A stretch of 42,522 nucleotides of DNA from Saprospiraceae bacterium (GTDB lineage Bacteria; Bacteroidota; Bacteroidia; Chitinophagales; Saprospiraceae), in assembly GCA_033762055.1 (NCBI GenBank), contig JANRLZ010000061.1:1-42522 (forward strand), in the 5' to 3' direction. A program made the translations under genes and the position numbers. The notes under the pieces are model-generated. The model was given only the letters and a program-made list of their open reading frames with translations, was not told where the DNA came from and did not search any database. Below, one piece after another: positions 27,858 through 37,219 of this stretch (the stretch's first letter is position 1; every line of letters begins with the position of its first letter).

Positions 27858-27971
27858 TTCGATTGGTTCGATTTTTCGATTGATTCGATTTTTCGATTGA
27901 AGGATAAAACCAATCCTGACCGAGCGAAGCGAGGAGAACGCAATCGGATCAATCGAAAAACCGAACCAATC
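27858..27971 (-). promoter_or_regulatory. Structured ileS 5' leader: a 30-bp stem made from TTCGATT-type repeats that ends 3 nt upstream of the AUG
   Basis: Arms 27861-27890 and 27942-27971 are 28/30 complementary; in RNA sense the two exceptions are one G-U pair and one C-A mismatch. The proximal arm contains a perfect 17-nt tandem repeat, TTCGATTTTTCGATTGA x2, at 27867-27900. Confidence 0.55.
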
Positions 27972-28011
27972 AAAAACCCCGCTCGGCGCACACCGGGCGG
28001 GGTTTTGTGTT
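27972..28011 (-). terminator. Rho-independent terminator downstream of cysS (bidirectional in form)
   Basis: A 10-bp stem, CCCCGCTCGG (27977-27986) with CCGGGCGGGG (27993-28002), includes one G-U pair. It is flanked by AAAAA on one side and TTTTGTGTT on the other. Confidence 0.7.
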
Positions 28012-28157
28012 CTTCCAACATCATAACCTCGTCAGGTGTGCAAACCGTGGCGAATAATAATGCTGTTGGAAATTATGACTTGTAACATTTTGCTGCAAAG
28101 GTAAAAATTCGACGATCAAAAAAGTCCCGGAGAAAAAGTTTTTGGAGGATTTATTTC

Positions 28158-29663
28158 TTAGGCTTTCGCCCAGCTTACGCCTTCTTTTCCGTCTTTTACC
28201 GTAATTCCGACTTCGGAAAGCGCGTCGCGAATTTTGTCGCTGGTACTCCAGTCTTTCTGGGAGCGTGCCTGGGCACGAATTTCCAGAATCAGGCTCATCA
28301 ACCCTTCCACGGTGCCATGGTCGCCGGCGGCAAGCGTTTCATCCTGCAAGCCGAAAATGTCAAACAGGAAAGCGCTGAACACCGTTTTCATCCGTTCGAT
28401 CACCCAGGGTGAAATGTCGGTCGCTTCGATCTGTTGATTGACTAATTTGTGTACATATCCGCCCATTTCATTCAGCGATGCAATGGCAATAGCGGTGTTA
28501 AAATCGTCGTCCATCCCGCTGTAAGCCGCTTCGATGAGGTCGAGAATAGCGCGGTCGGTTGCGGTTTCGGAACCGTCGAAATCGCGGGCATTTACCGGCA
28601 GATTTTGCAGCAACCGGTTGGTTTCCATGATTTTCAGAAACCCCTTTTCGGCGGCCAACAGACCGTCATCGGTAATATCCAGTGTGCTCCGGTAGTGGGC
28701 CATCAGCATAAAAAAGCGCACGGCCATCGGCGAGTAGGACTTGCTGATGTGCTCGCTGTCGCCCGTAAACAATTGGGTGGGCGTGATGGTATTGCCGTCG
28801 CTTTTGCTCATTTTTTTGCCGTTGAGCAGCAGCATGTTGGCGTGCAGCCAGTAATTGGCTGGATGGCAATCGCAGGCGCCGTGGTTTTGGGCCACTTCGT
28901 TTTCGTGGTGCGGGAATTTGAGATCATTGCCGCCGCCATGGATATCGAAGGTTTTGCCCAGGTATTTGGTACTCATGGCCGAGCATTCCAGGTGCCAGCC
29001 CGGGAAGCCAACCGACCAGGGGCTGTTCCACACCATAATGTCTTGCGGACGGGCTTTCATCCATATCGCGAAATCGGCGGGATGGTTTTTCTCGTCCTGG
29101 TTTTTGAGTTCGCGTGTTTCGGTGTAGAGGTCTTCGAGTACCCGGCCGCTTACGGAGCCATAAACACCGGGATTTTGGGTAGCGAATTTGGGCACATCGA
29201 AATAAACCGACCCGTTTCGTTCGTAGGCCAGTCCGCGATCGAGGATTTGTTGCACCATTTCGATTTGTTCGGGGATATGGCCGGTTGCGCGTGGTTCGAT
29301 GCTGGGCGGCAGGGTGTTGAAGATCCGCATCATGTCGTGAAACCCGACGGTGTATCGCTGCGCCACTTCCATGGGTTCGAGTTGGGCCACTTTGGCGCCC
29401 TTGGCCATACGATCTTCGCCATCGTCGGTGAGGTGACCAACGTCGGTGATATTGCGCACGTAACGTACTTTATAGCCGATGTGCAACAGATAGCGGTAAA
29501 TGGTGTCGAAGCTGCAAAAAGTACGGCAATTGCCAAGGTGTACGTCGTTGTACACGGTAGGGCCGCAAACATACATCCCGATATGACCGGGCGTAATGGG
29601 GTTGAAAACTTCTTTTTTGCCGGAAAGGCTGTTGTAAATCTTGAGCGGGCGTGGTTCAGTCAT
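28158..29663 (-). CDS. cysS: Cysteine--tRNA ligase
   Basis: The 501-aa protein has the HIGH region [18 protein letters not shown] ([10 protein letters not shown]) and zinc-binding Cys and His positions. Confidence 0.95.
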   Translation of the reverse strand: MTEPRPLKIYNSLSGKKEVFNPITPGHIGMYVCGPTVYNDVHLGNCRTFCSFDTIYRYLLHIGYKVRYVRNITDVGHLTDDGEDRMAKGAKVAQLEPMEVAQRYTVGFHDMMRIFNTLPPSIEPRATGHIPEQIEMVQQILDRGLAYERNGSVYFDVPKFATQNPGVYGSVSGRVLEDLYTETRELKNQDEKNHPADFAIWMKARPQDIMVWNSPWSVGFPGWHLECSAMSTKYLGKTFDIHGGGNDLKFPHHENEVAQNHGACDCHPANYWLHANMLLLNGKKMSKSDGNTITPTQLFTGDSEHISKSYSPMAVRFFMLMAHYRSTLDITDDGLLAAEKGFLKIMETNRLLQNLPVNARDFDGSETATDRAILDLIEAAYSGMDDDFNTAIAIASLNEMGGYVHKLVNQQIEATDISPWVIERMKTVFSAFLFDIFGLQDETLAAGDHGTVEGLMSLILEIRAQARSQKDWSTSDKIRDALSEVGITVKDGKEGVSWAKA

Positions 29664-29752
29664 AAGGCCGCAAAGATAAGATTATCCTTGTTTTCACAGC
29701 GCCTTGCGGGCTGGTGAATATCCACATTTGCCCGCAGTCTTCAGACATTCGG

Positions 29753-31243
29753 CTACTCTACCTCCGTGACTTTAAGCATGTTGGTTTGCAGGCGTTTGTT
29801 GATGGGCATGGAGCCGGTATTGATAAGCGTATCGCCTTTTTTGACGAATCCGCTTTCCTTGAGAATGTCGGTGCAATCCTGGATCGTTTCGTCGGTTGTG
29901 GTAAACCGGTTGTAAAAGAAACACTGTACGCCCCAGAGCAAATTGAATGCACCCAGCGCAATCTGTGAGCCGCTAAAGATAAAAATTTGCGATTTGGGGC
30001 GGAAACTGCTGAGTTTAAAGGCCGTATAGCCCGAGGAGGTATGCCCGACGATGCCTTTGGCGCCAATTTCTTCGGCCACGTTACAGGCGCTGAAACACAC
30101 CACATCGGAGTGATAGAGCATGAAGTTTTTAGAGGGGGTGGGCCGACGGTTGTTGATTTGCGGCCAGTATTGCTTTTCTGCCTCCGTGATGATTTTGCTC
30201 ATGTATTGGATCACAAGCGCCGGGTGTTTGCCTACCGACGTTTCGCCGCTCAACATCACGGCGTCGGCGCCGTCGAGCACGGCGTTGGCCACATCGGTTA
30301 CTTCAGCGCGGGTAGGCGAGGGGTTGTTGATCATACTATCCATCATCTGCGTGGCTACGATCACCGGGCGGGCGTATTGCATACACATGTGAATAATGTC
30401 CTTCTGCGTCATAGGCAGTTGTTCGATCGGCATTTCCACCCCGAGATCGCCGCGCGCCACCATGACGCCGTTGCAGGAGCGAATAATTTCGCGAAGGTTG
30501 CGCACCGCTTCCGGCTTTTCAATTTTGGCCATTACCTTGGCCTGATGGCCGGTTTTTTCAATGGCTTCTTTCACCGGTTCAAGGTCGGAAGCGCGGCGCA
30601 CGAAAGAAAGCGCGATCCAGTTGACCGGTTGGGTGAGGATAAATTCGAGATCTTCCCGGTCCTTTTCGGTCAGCGCCGGCAATTTTACATTGGTATCGGG
30701 CAGATTGACGCCTTTGTTGCTGCTCAACACACCGCCATGGAGGGATTTAAGGCGAACCGTATCTTTTTTATTGGTTTCCACGACTTCAAATACCAGTTTG
30801 CCATCGTCCATCAAAATACGTTCACCCACCTCGCAGTCTTCGGCAAACTGATCGTACGACATATAAATATTGTCTCTCACCCCTTCGGCTTTTTCGTCGT
30901 TGGTGATGGTGATAATATCGCCTTCTTCAAGATGGAGGGCATTGTCCTTGATTTTGCCCACCCGGAGCTTGGGCCCTTGCAAATCGGCTAGAATACCGAT
31001 GTGCAATTTGTATTTTTCATTGATGGCCAGAATCCGGTCAATAACGGCCTGGTGGTCTTTGTGCGATCCATGGCTGAAATTGAGGCGAAACACATCCACC
31101 CCGGCTTCCACGAGCTCCAATAGTTTCTCCGGCGCGCTGCAAGCGGGGCCTACAGTTGCGACAATTTTTGTGGATTGTGATCCATCTTTGCGCAGGGATG
31201 ATTTGTTTTTCTCAAGCAATGCTGCCGCTTCCGAGAGAGTCAT
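29753..31243 (-). CDS. pyk: Pyruvate kinase
   Basis: Pyk hallmarks are present: TKIVATVGPA, FRLNFSHG, MVARGDLGVE, and a C-terminal alpha/beta domain. Confidence 0.9.
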   Translation of the reverse strand: MTLSEAAALLEKNKSSLRKDGSQSTKIVATVGPACSAPEKLLELVEAGVDVFRLNFSHGSHKDHQAVIDRILAINEKYKLHIGILADLQGPKLRVGKIKDNALHLEEGDIITITNDEKAEGVRDNIYMSYDQFAEDCEVGERILMDDGKLVFEVVETNKKDTVRLKSLHGGVLSSNKGVNLPDTNVKLPALTEKDREDLEFILTQPVNWIALSFVRRASDLEPVKEAIEKTGHQAKVMAKIEKPEAVRNLREIIRSCNGVMVARGDLGVEMPIEQLPMTQKDIIHMCMQYARPVIVATQMMDSMINNPSPTRAEVTDVANAVLDGADAVMLSGETSVGKHPALVIQYMSKIITEAEKQYWPQINNRRPTPSKNFMLYHSDVVCFSACNVAEEIGAKGIVGHTSSGYTAFKLSSFRPKSQIFIFSGSQIALGAFNLLWGVQCFFYNRFTTTDETIQDCTDILKESGFVKKGDTLINTGSMPINKRLQTNMLKVTEVE

Positions 31244-31568
31244 GGTGGTGCAAATAATTTTAAGTGTAAATTCTACAATAAGTAGATGGCCGCAAAATTA
31301 AAAGAATATAGCCAACCGACATGAATAACAAAGCAATAATTTATGCAAAAAAACGATTTGTAAGCAAAAATAGCACGGGGCCGACAAAACGGAGAGGAGA
31401 AACCTGTCATGCACAAACCTTCTAAGTGTTAATTTTACAAAAAGTATGTTTTGCCCCTTTTTGCTGTAATCCAAAAAAATACGGGTAAAATGTTTGATAA
31501 ACCTGCAGGGTTGCGTTCCTTTGCACCCTGAAAAATTGACTTTTTTTCACCAACAAGTTTTGAAAAAC

Positions 31569-31808
31569 ATGGCAAACGTAGCCGACCGCGTAAAAAAAAT
31601 CATCATTGACAAACTGGGTGTTGACGAATCTGAAGTAACCCCCGGTGCCAGCTTCATCAACGACCTCGGCGCCGACTCGCTCGATACCGTAGAACTCATC
31701 ATGGAGTTCGAAAAAGAATTCGACGTGTCTATCCCCGACGAACAAGCTGAAGGTATTCAGACGGTAGGTCAAGCAATTGCTTACCTCGAGCAAAATGTCA
31801 ATGCCTGA
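31569..31808 (+). CDS. acpP: Acyl carrier protein
   Basis: I chose the ATG at 31569 (79 aa). The phosphopantetheine attachment motif is [16 protein letters not shown]. Confidence 0.95.
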   Translation: MANVADRVKKIIIDKLGVDESEVTPGASFINDLGADSLDTVELIMEFEKEFDVSIPDEQAEGIQTVGQAIAYLEQNVNA

Positions 31809-31858
31809 TTTTAAAGGATTGGCTGGTTCTTAATAGGCCCGCTCCTTTTGGCGAAAAA

Positions 31859-31888
31859 GCGGTTCAAAGCACCCTTGCTTTGAACCGC
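31859..31888. terminator. Bidirectional rho-independent terminator (acpP and the convergent GATase gene)
   Basis: A perfect 13-bp stem, GCGGTTCAAAGCA with TGCTTTGAACCGC, has a CCCT loop. It is flanked by AAAAA upstream and TTTCATTTTCTCTTT downstream. Confidence 0.8.
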
Positions 31889-31902
31889 TTTCATTTTCTC
31901 TT

Positions 31903-32709
31903 TCAGACATAGACTTCCGACAATTCTTCCACCGCATGGTCTAAAAAAGCCGGAATCAATGTCTCGAATGTGCGCTGTATTTTTTGCGGATTGGCCAGAT
32001 CGCGGATCATCCGGTCATATCTCGATTCGCCGTGTTCTTCCACGATCGATTTTTTGCGCTCTTCTTCCATAAAATACTGCAAAAGTCCTTCTGGGTCTGC
32101 TTCCGGATGAAATTGTGTGCCAATTATTTCCGGGCTAAACCGGATGGCCATAATGGCACGCTCATAATGAACGTGCGGGCGCAATTTTTCCAGACATAGA
32201 ATTTCTGCCCCCATTTCCCGAAATCGCTTGAGACGAGGCTCCGTTACCTGATACCGCCGAAAATCGGCGATGTAAAACGGGTCGGGCAGGTGATCAAAAA
32301 AAGGTTCGCTTTTACCTTCATGCGTTTTGTACACCGGGTATGTGCCAAACGACATTTTGTAACGCTGCGACACCTCACCCAAACCAAAATGATGACAGGC
32401 CATCTGAAAAGAATGGCAAATAAAAAACACGTACTTTTTTTCTTCAAACGGGCGTAAATTGTGCTGCCACAAACGTTCCATCAAATCAAAAAAAGGCGCC
32501 TGCCATTGCCCCCCGCTTTCAAGCGGATCGCCGGGGCCTCCGGAAAAAACGTAAATCTGGTACGACAAATCCGGAATTTCGCATTTAGCCCTGACATCAA
32601 AATGGTCATATTCCATAACCCCGGCATAGCGGCCCAGAATGCTCTTAAGCATCGGGATACCGCGATTCTGTTCGCCGTTGTACATATCTATTAACGCAGC
32701 ACGAAGCAT
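31903..32709 (-). CDS. Class I (type 1) glutamine amidotransferase-like protein
   Basis: The nucleophile-elbow region is FFICHSFQMACHHFG. The His-Glu region is IGTQFHPE. Confidence 0.7.
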   Translation of the reverse strand: MLRAALIDMYNGEQNRGIPMLKSILGRYAGVMEYDHFDVRAKCEIPDLSYQIYVFSGGPGDPLESGGQWQAPFFDLMERLWQHNLRPFEEKKYVFFICHSFQMACHHFGLGEVSQRYKMSFGTYPVYKTHEGKSEPFFDHLPDPFYIADFRRYQVTEPRLKRFREMGAEILCLEKLRPHVHYERAIMAIRFSPEIIGTQFHPEADPEGLLQYFMEEERKKSIVEEHGESRYDRMIRDLANPQKIQRTFETLIPAFLDHAVEELSEVYV

Positions 32710-33124
32710 GATATATTCTGGTTGAAAAGTTGAAAAGTGAGTCGCTTTCGTTCTCTGTTTTTTAGAATTTTGAAGACAAATGAAACAAGCCGCCGCCGAA
32801 AAAGGTTAAGCGCCCGGTTAAAAATGACAGAGATCACATCCCACTGTCGAAATACACAGCCCCTTTGCAACCTCCGTCGAAAATCATTCCAACGTCCCGC
32901 TTCCGGATGAAAAAAACGTTAGAAGTCATCTCAAAAATACCTGTCAGGTTAAAGTGGTGTATGGAAGCCGAATCCTGCGTTAATTTTTTTCACCACAGGC
33001 GCCCCTACGATTCAAAAAATTGCCTTGCCTTCGACTTCTATTCACTCATTTTAACTCCGACGCCATTTTTTAGATACTAAGTTGGTTCACCACTAGACAA
33101 TCACTGTATTAAAACACTTCACCC

Positions 33125-33469
33125 ATGTCTCTCGTACAAGAATTCAACGACTACCGCTCCCGCATGAACGAGCGTATTCTGGCACACGACAACAAAGTAA
33201 TCAAACGCTTCTGGAGCCTCGACAACCAAACCTATCAGGAAGGCGCGCTCGATACACGCACCAAGGAATTGCTCGGCTTAGTGGCCTCCATGGTGCTGCG
33301 CTGCGACGATTGTATCAAATATCACCTCGGCAAATGTCACGAACTTGGCGTCAGTACCGATCAGATTTTTGAGGTTTTTGCCGTAGCCAATATGGTCGGT
33401 GGTTCCATCTGCATCCCCCACACCCGCCGCGCCGTAGAATACTGGGAAGCGCTTGAGGAGGGTTTATAA
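33125..33469 (+). CDS. Carboxymuconolactone decarboxylase (AhpD-like) family protein
   Basis: The 114-aa protein has the CxxC motif (RCDDCIKYH) in the typical CMD helix context. Confidence 0.7.
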   Translation: MSLVQEFNDYRSRMNERILAHDNKVIKRFWSLDNQTYQEGALDTRTKELLGLVASMVLRCDDCIKYHLGKCHELGVSTDQIFEVFAVANMVGGSICIPHTRRAVEYWEALEEGL

Positions 33470-33539
33470 TGTTTATTAGGTTTATCGTGTTTAGGGGGGT
33501 TGCTATAAACCTCCCTAAACACTATAAACTCTCATCAAC

Positions 33540-34277
33540 CTATTCAACAATAACCACTTTTTTCAACAAGCGCAATCCGACAGACAATTCCACCGTCGTG
33601 TTGCGGATTCGGCGTTCGGGAATACTATATGAGCCGCCTGGATTACAGGGGTCTATCACATTCGGGATGGCATTTTGGCGGTATTGCGGCGTAACGTCGG
33701 GATGTACCGAAAGTTGGACCTGTCCGCCCACCAGTTCGGAAAGGTCAAACTCTATGCCGCCTCCGATGGAAAAGCCCCCTGTCCAGCGTTGTACTCCGCC
33801 CATCAGCGGGTAAAAACCCGGGTTACAATTGGCAACCGGGCCACGCAGGTCATCTACATTGGTGCTGTAGGTGTAATCGGCGCGAATACCGCCAAAGTAA
33901 AAATAGCGCGCCTGGCCACTGTTACTTTCGCGGAAGCGCTGTTTGGCGCCGAGGGAGAATGAAAAATTGTTGAATTTGAATCGTTCGGTTACCGTCGTAC
34001 TCGGGGTATTGTTGATGATATTGATAAAACGGTAGCGCGTAGCGCTGCCTTTTACATGGTAACCCAATTGCATGTAAAATGACCCGCGATTGTCCTCGTT
34101 ATTAATCGTCTCAAGGCTGAGTGCGGCATGGTACTGAAAAAGGGGTTCGCGGCCCGAAGAATTATCCCACTTTTGCAAACCCGCCGTAGGCCCAAATTGG
34201 ATTACATAAGCAGTGCTTTGGGCCTCAATTCGTCCAAAAATAGCAAAAATGAGCAAAAGTGTAACTGTAAATCGCAT
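33540..34277 (-). CDS. Small outer-membrane beta-barrel protein (porin-family/OMP_b-brl-like)
   Basis: I chose the ATG at 34277 (MRFTVTLLLIFAIFGRIEAQ signal). The protein has alternating amphipathic strands, abundant G, Y and F, and a C-terminal hydrophobic strand. Confidence 0.55.
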   Translation of the reverse strand: MRFTVTLLLIFAIFGRIEAQSTAYVIQFGPTAGLQKWDNSSGREPLFQYHAALSLETINNEDNRGSFYMQLGYHVKGSATRYRFINIINNTPSTTVTERFKFNNFSFSLGAKQRFRESNSGQARYFYFGGIRADYTYSTNVDDLRGPVANCNPGFYPLMGGVQRWTGGFSIGGGIEFDLSELVGGQVQLSVHPDVTPQYRQNAIPNVIDPCNPGGSYSIPERRIRNTTVELSVGLRLLKKVVIVE

Positions 34278-34443
34278 TTTTATGCTGTTTTTGTGGCGAA
34301 AATAAAGCATTGAACGAATTCTGCCCCATGAGTTATCAAACCCTTCCTTTAACCCCCAGCTTTTCTTTTATTTTTGCCATCCAAATTCACGCTTGTTGTA
34401 TGAAGGGAAACGCTTCAATCCGTTTCCAAACATCATCCTAACC

Positions 34444-36165
34444 ATGAATAGAACAAACCCGACACAGCCCCTCACATTCGACGATTTTCTTTATTCCCGC
34501 CCCGACATGGGGGAGGTATCCCAAATATTTGAAAAACACCTTGCCCGTTTTGAATCGGCAGGCGATTTTGAGCAACAACAGGAAGCGCTCAACAACATTG
34601 TAGCCGTCAGGGAAGAATTTTCTTCCATGTTCAATCTGTGCTACGTCCGGCATACCATCAATACCGCCGACCCTTTTTATGAGTCGGAAAATCAGTATTT
34701 TGACGAATATTCTCCTTCTTTTGAAGCGCTGAACAACCGGTTTTTCCGCACCTTGCTCGCCTCTCCATTTCGGGATGCCCTCACCCTGAAATTTGGAAAT
34801 CACCTGTTTACGCTGGCTGAAATTTCGCTCAAAACTTTTCAACCGGCCATTCTGGAAGACCTGCAATTGGAGAATGCATTAAGCACCGAATACACCAAGA
34901 TAAAGGCGCGTGCAAAAATTGAATTCGAAGGAAATACCTACAACCTGAGCAACATGCTTCCGATCGAACTTTCCGATGATCGGGCGACGAGAAAAAAAGC
35001 CACCGAGGCCAAATGGAATTTTTACGCTGAAAATACCGAAGCCATGGAATCGCTCTTCGATCGCATGGTAAAACTCCGACATGGCATGGCTCAAAAACTC
35101 GGGTTTAACAGCTTTACCGAGGTCGGCTATGCCCGTATGCGCCGCTCGGATTATACCCCCGATATGGTGGCCAATTTCCGTAATCAGGTACGAGATCATA
35201 TCGTCCCGATAGCGACCGAACTGTATGAACGACAGCGCAAAAGATTGCAAATCAACAAATTAAAACATTACGACGAAGAATACAAATTCCCTTCCGGAAA
35301 CCCCAAACCCATCGGCGCCACCGATGAAATCGTGGCCAATGCCGCTCGCATGTACCGCGAATTGAGCCCCGACACCGACGAGTTCTTCACACGGATGCAA
35401 CAGGCAAATCTGATGGATTTGGTGAACCGCGATGGCAAAGCCACCGGCGGATATTGCACCTTCATCAGCAAATACAACGCCCCGTATATTTTTTCCAATT
35501 TTAACGGCACCAGCGGCGATATTGATGTGCTCACCCACGAGGCCGGCCATGCTTTTCAGGTGTGGAGCAGCCGCCATTTCCCCTTTGAAGAATACCTCTG
35601 GCCAACCGCCGACGCCGCCGAAATTCATTCCATGAGCATGGAATTCTTTACCTGGCCCTGGATGCATTTGTTTTTCGGCGACCAAACGGAAAAATACTAT
35701 TTCATGCACCTGGCCGGCGCCATTCAGTTTTTACCATACGGCGTCGCCGTAGATGAATTTCAACATCTGGTGTACGATAACCCCGACATGAGCCCGGCTG
35801 AACGAAATGCCGCCTGGAAAAAACTGGAACAAACCTATTTGCCGCATCGCGACTACGACGGCATCGCCTACCTCGAAGGCGGCCGTTTTTGGCAAAAACA
35901 AAGCCACATCTTCAACTCCCCGTTTTACTACATTGATTATGCACTGGCCCAAATCTGCGCTTTTCAGTTCTGGGTTAAAGACCGGCACGACCACCCCTCC
36001 GCCTGGACCGATTACCTCCGGTTGTGCCAGGCCGGTGGTAGTCGTTCGTTCTTGCAATTACTCGAACTCGCTCATTTAAAATCGCCTTTTGAAGACGGGT
36101 GTGTACAGTCGGTCGTAGGAGAAATTCGCCGGTATTTGAACCAGGTTGACGATACGAAGTTTTAG
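34444..36165 (+). CDS. M3 family oligoendopeptidase (PepF-like)
   Basis: I chose the ATG at 34444. The zinc motif THEAGHAFQ (HExxH) has a downstream E in SMEFF. Confidence 0.8.
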   Translation: MNRTNPTQPLTFDDFLYSRPDMGEVSQIFEKHLARFESAGDFEQQQEALNNIVAVREEFSSMFNLCYVRHTINTADPFYESENQYFDEYSPSFEALNNRFFRTLLASPFRDALTLKFGNHLFTLAEISLKTFQPAILEDLQLENALSTEYTKIKARAKIEFEGNTYNLSNMLPIELSDDRATRKKATEAKWNFYAENTEAMESLFDRMVKLRHGMAQKLGFNSFTEVGYARMRRSDYTPDMVANFRNQVRDHIVPIATELYERQRKRLQINKLKHYDEEYKFPSGNPKPIGATDEIVANAARMYRELSPDTDEFFTRMQQANLMDLVNRDGKATGGYCTFISKYNAPYIFSNFNGTSGDIDVLTHEAGHAFQVWSSRHFPFEEYLWPTADAAEIHSMSMEFFTWPWMHLFFGDQTEKYYFMHLAGAIQFLPYGVAVDEFQHLVYDNPDMSPAERNAAWKKLEQTYLPHRDYDGIAYLEGGRFWQKQSHIFNSPFYYIDYALAQICAFQFWVKDRHDHPSAWTDYLRLCQAGGSRSFLQLLELAHLKSPFEDGCVQSVVGEIRRYLNQVDDTKF

Positions 36166-36193
36166 CCTGCAACCTCATCACAGTATTTTGCTC

Positions 36194-36850
36194 ATGCGTT
36201 ATCTGATTTGTCTGACCATTTTTTTATTCGCTGCCGCATTTCGTCCCGGCGGAGCCCCTCCCACACTCAAACTTGCCCTGCTCAAATACAGCGGCGGCGG
36301 CGATTGGTACAATGATGTAAACTCCCTCAAGAACCTTGCACGTTTTTGCAACGAAAACCTGCGTACCAACTTCGATGCAAGCGATTATGCAACGGTTGAA
36401 CCCGGCAGTGCTGAAATTTTTAACTACCCGATTATTTATGCCACCGGCCACGGAAATATGTTGTTTAATGATTTGGAAGCCCGCAACCTGCGAGCCTACC
36501 TCGAAGGCGGCGGCTTTTTGATCTTAAACGACGATTTTGGCCTCGATCCCTTCGTCCGCCCGGCCATGAAAAAGGTGTTTCCCGAACTCGATTTTGTGGA
36601 ATTACCATTCAGCCATCCGATTTACCACCAAAAATTCAACTTTAACAACGGGATGCCCAAAATTCACGAGCACGACGGCAAACCTGCACAGGGTTTCGGC
36701 CTCATCTACCAGGGGCGCCTGGTTTGTTTCTACAATTTTGAAACCGATCTCGGCGACGGTTGGGACGATGTGCACAACGACCCCAAAGAACTCCGCACCA
36801 AAGCCCTGCAGATGGGCGCCAACATTGTGCAATTTGCGTTTGGACAGTAG
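36194..36850 (+). CDS. DUF4159 domain-containing protein
   Basis: I chose the ATG at 36194, which gives an N-terminal hydrophobic segment. The segment LKYSGGGDWYND...GGFLILNDDFG matches my recollection of DUF4159. Confidence 0.55.
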   Translation: MRYLICLTIFLFAAAFRPGGAPPTLKLALLKYSGGGDWYNDVNSLKNLARFCNENLRTNFDASDYATVEPGSAEIFNYPIIYATGHGNMLFNDLEARNLRAYLEGGGFLILNDDFGLDPFVRPAMKKVFPELDFVELPFSHPIYHQKFNFNNGMPKIHEHDGKPAQGFGLIYQGRLVCFYNFETDLGDGWDDVHNDPKELRTKALQMGANIVQFAFGQ

Positions 36851-36882
36851 TTTGGACAGTAAAGTGGGTCCGTTTAAAATGC

Positions 36883-36921
36883 AGAAGGCGAGGGTTGGTC
36901 AACCCCCGCCTTCTTTTATTT
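36883..36921. terminator. Bidirectional rho-independent terminator (DUF4159 gene and the convergent Cys-rich sORF)
   Basis: The stem AGAAGGCG-A-GGGTTG with CAACCC-C-CGCCTTCT spans 36883-36914. It is followed by TTTATTT on the plus strand and by GCATTTTA on the minus strand. Confidence 0.7.
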
Positions 36922-36943
36922 CAGCCGTGATGGCGTTGCGCGC

Positions 36944-37117
36944 TTATTCTTCGCAGCAAGGCAGGTCACAGCAGGGCATGTCGCAGCAGCTTTGATCGGC
37001 TGTCGTGCATTCGCTGGTGGGAACACAACATTCCGAACCCATAGCACCGGAGAAAGAAAAAGCGATTCCGGCGGAAAGAAGCAAAGCAGCCACTACGGCC
37101 AACGTTTTATTTTTCAT
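36944..37117 (-). CDS. Unannotated 57-aa secreted Cys-rich acidic peptide
   Basis: My manual translation is MKNKTLAVVAALLLSAGIAFSFSGAMGSECCVPTSECTTADQSCCDMPCCDLPCCEE, ending in TAA. It falls below the 60-aa cutoff of the ORF track. It has a signal-peptide-like N-terminus, 9 Cys in the last 29 residues, an A/T-rich start context, and a terminator about 30 nt after the stop. Confidence 0.55.
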   Translation of the reverse strand: MKNKTLAVVAALLLSAGIAFSFSGAMGSECCVPTSECTTADQSCCDMPCCDLPCCEE

Positions 37118-37219
37118 TATGTAAAATGCATTGAATGTGAGAAGAATGGGAGACCGGAGAACATATCCGGCTGTCCCGTTTGAATAGGTGCTGCACGAAA
37201 GCAGCGCATCAGAAAAGAC

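Noticed and set aside
27858-27980. An in-frame run of Ile codons (ATC/ATT) upstream of the ileS AUG. I considered an Ile-rich leader peptide for attenuation.
   Set aside because: There is no ATG, GTG or TTG start in that frame within the leader. The Ile codons are a by-product of the GAT-containing repeat.
32865-33080. A 71-aa ORF in the 415-nt intergenic gap.
   Set aside because: It has a TTG start, no recognisable family and an odd composition. It is probably non-coding.
33477-33517. Two interleaved inverted repeats, AGGTTTAT with ATAAACCT and GTGTTTAGGG with CCCTAAACAC, between the convergent AhpD-like and OMP genes.
   Set aside because: The two pairings cross each other (pseudoknot order) and no T-tract follows. 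I cannot support a terminator or an RNA element without folding or conservation data.
36839-36862. An 11-nt direct duplication, TTTGGACAGTA, at 12-nt spacing. It duplicates the DUF4159 stop region (..FGQ-TAG then FGQ-TAA).
   Set aside because: This is a small replication-slippage scar with no effect on the protein beyond providing a back-up stop.
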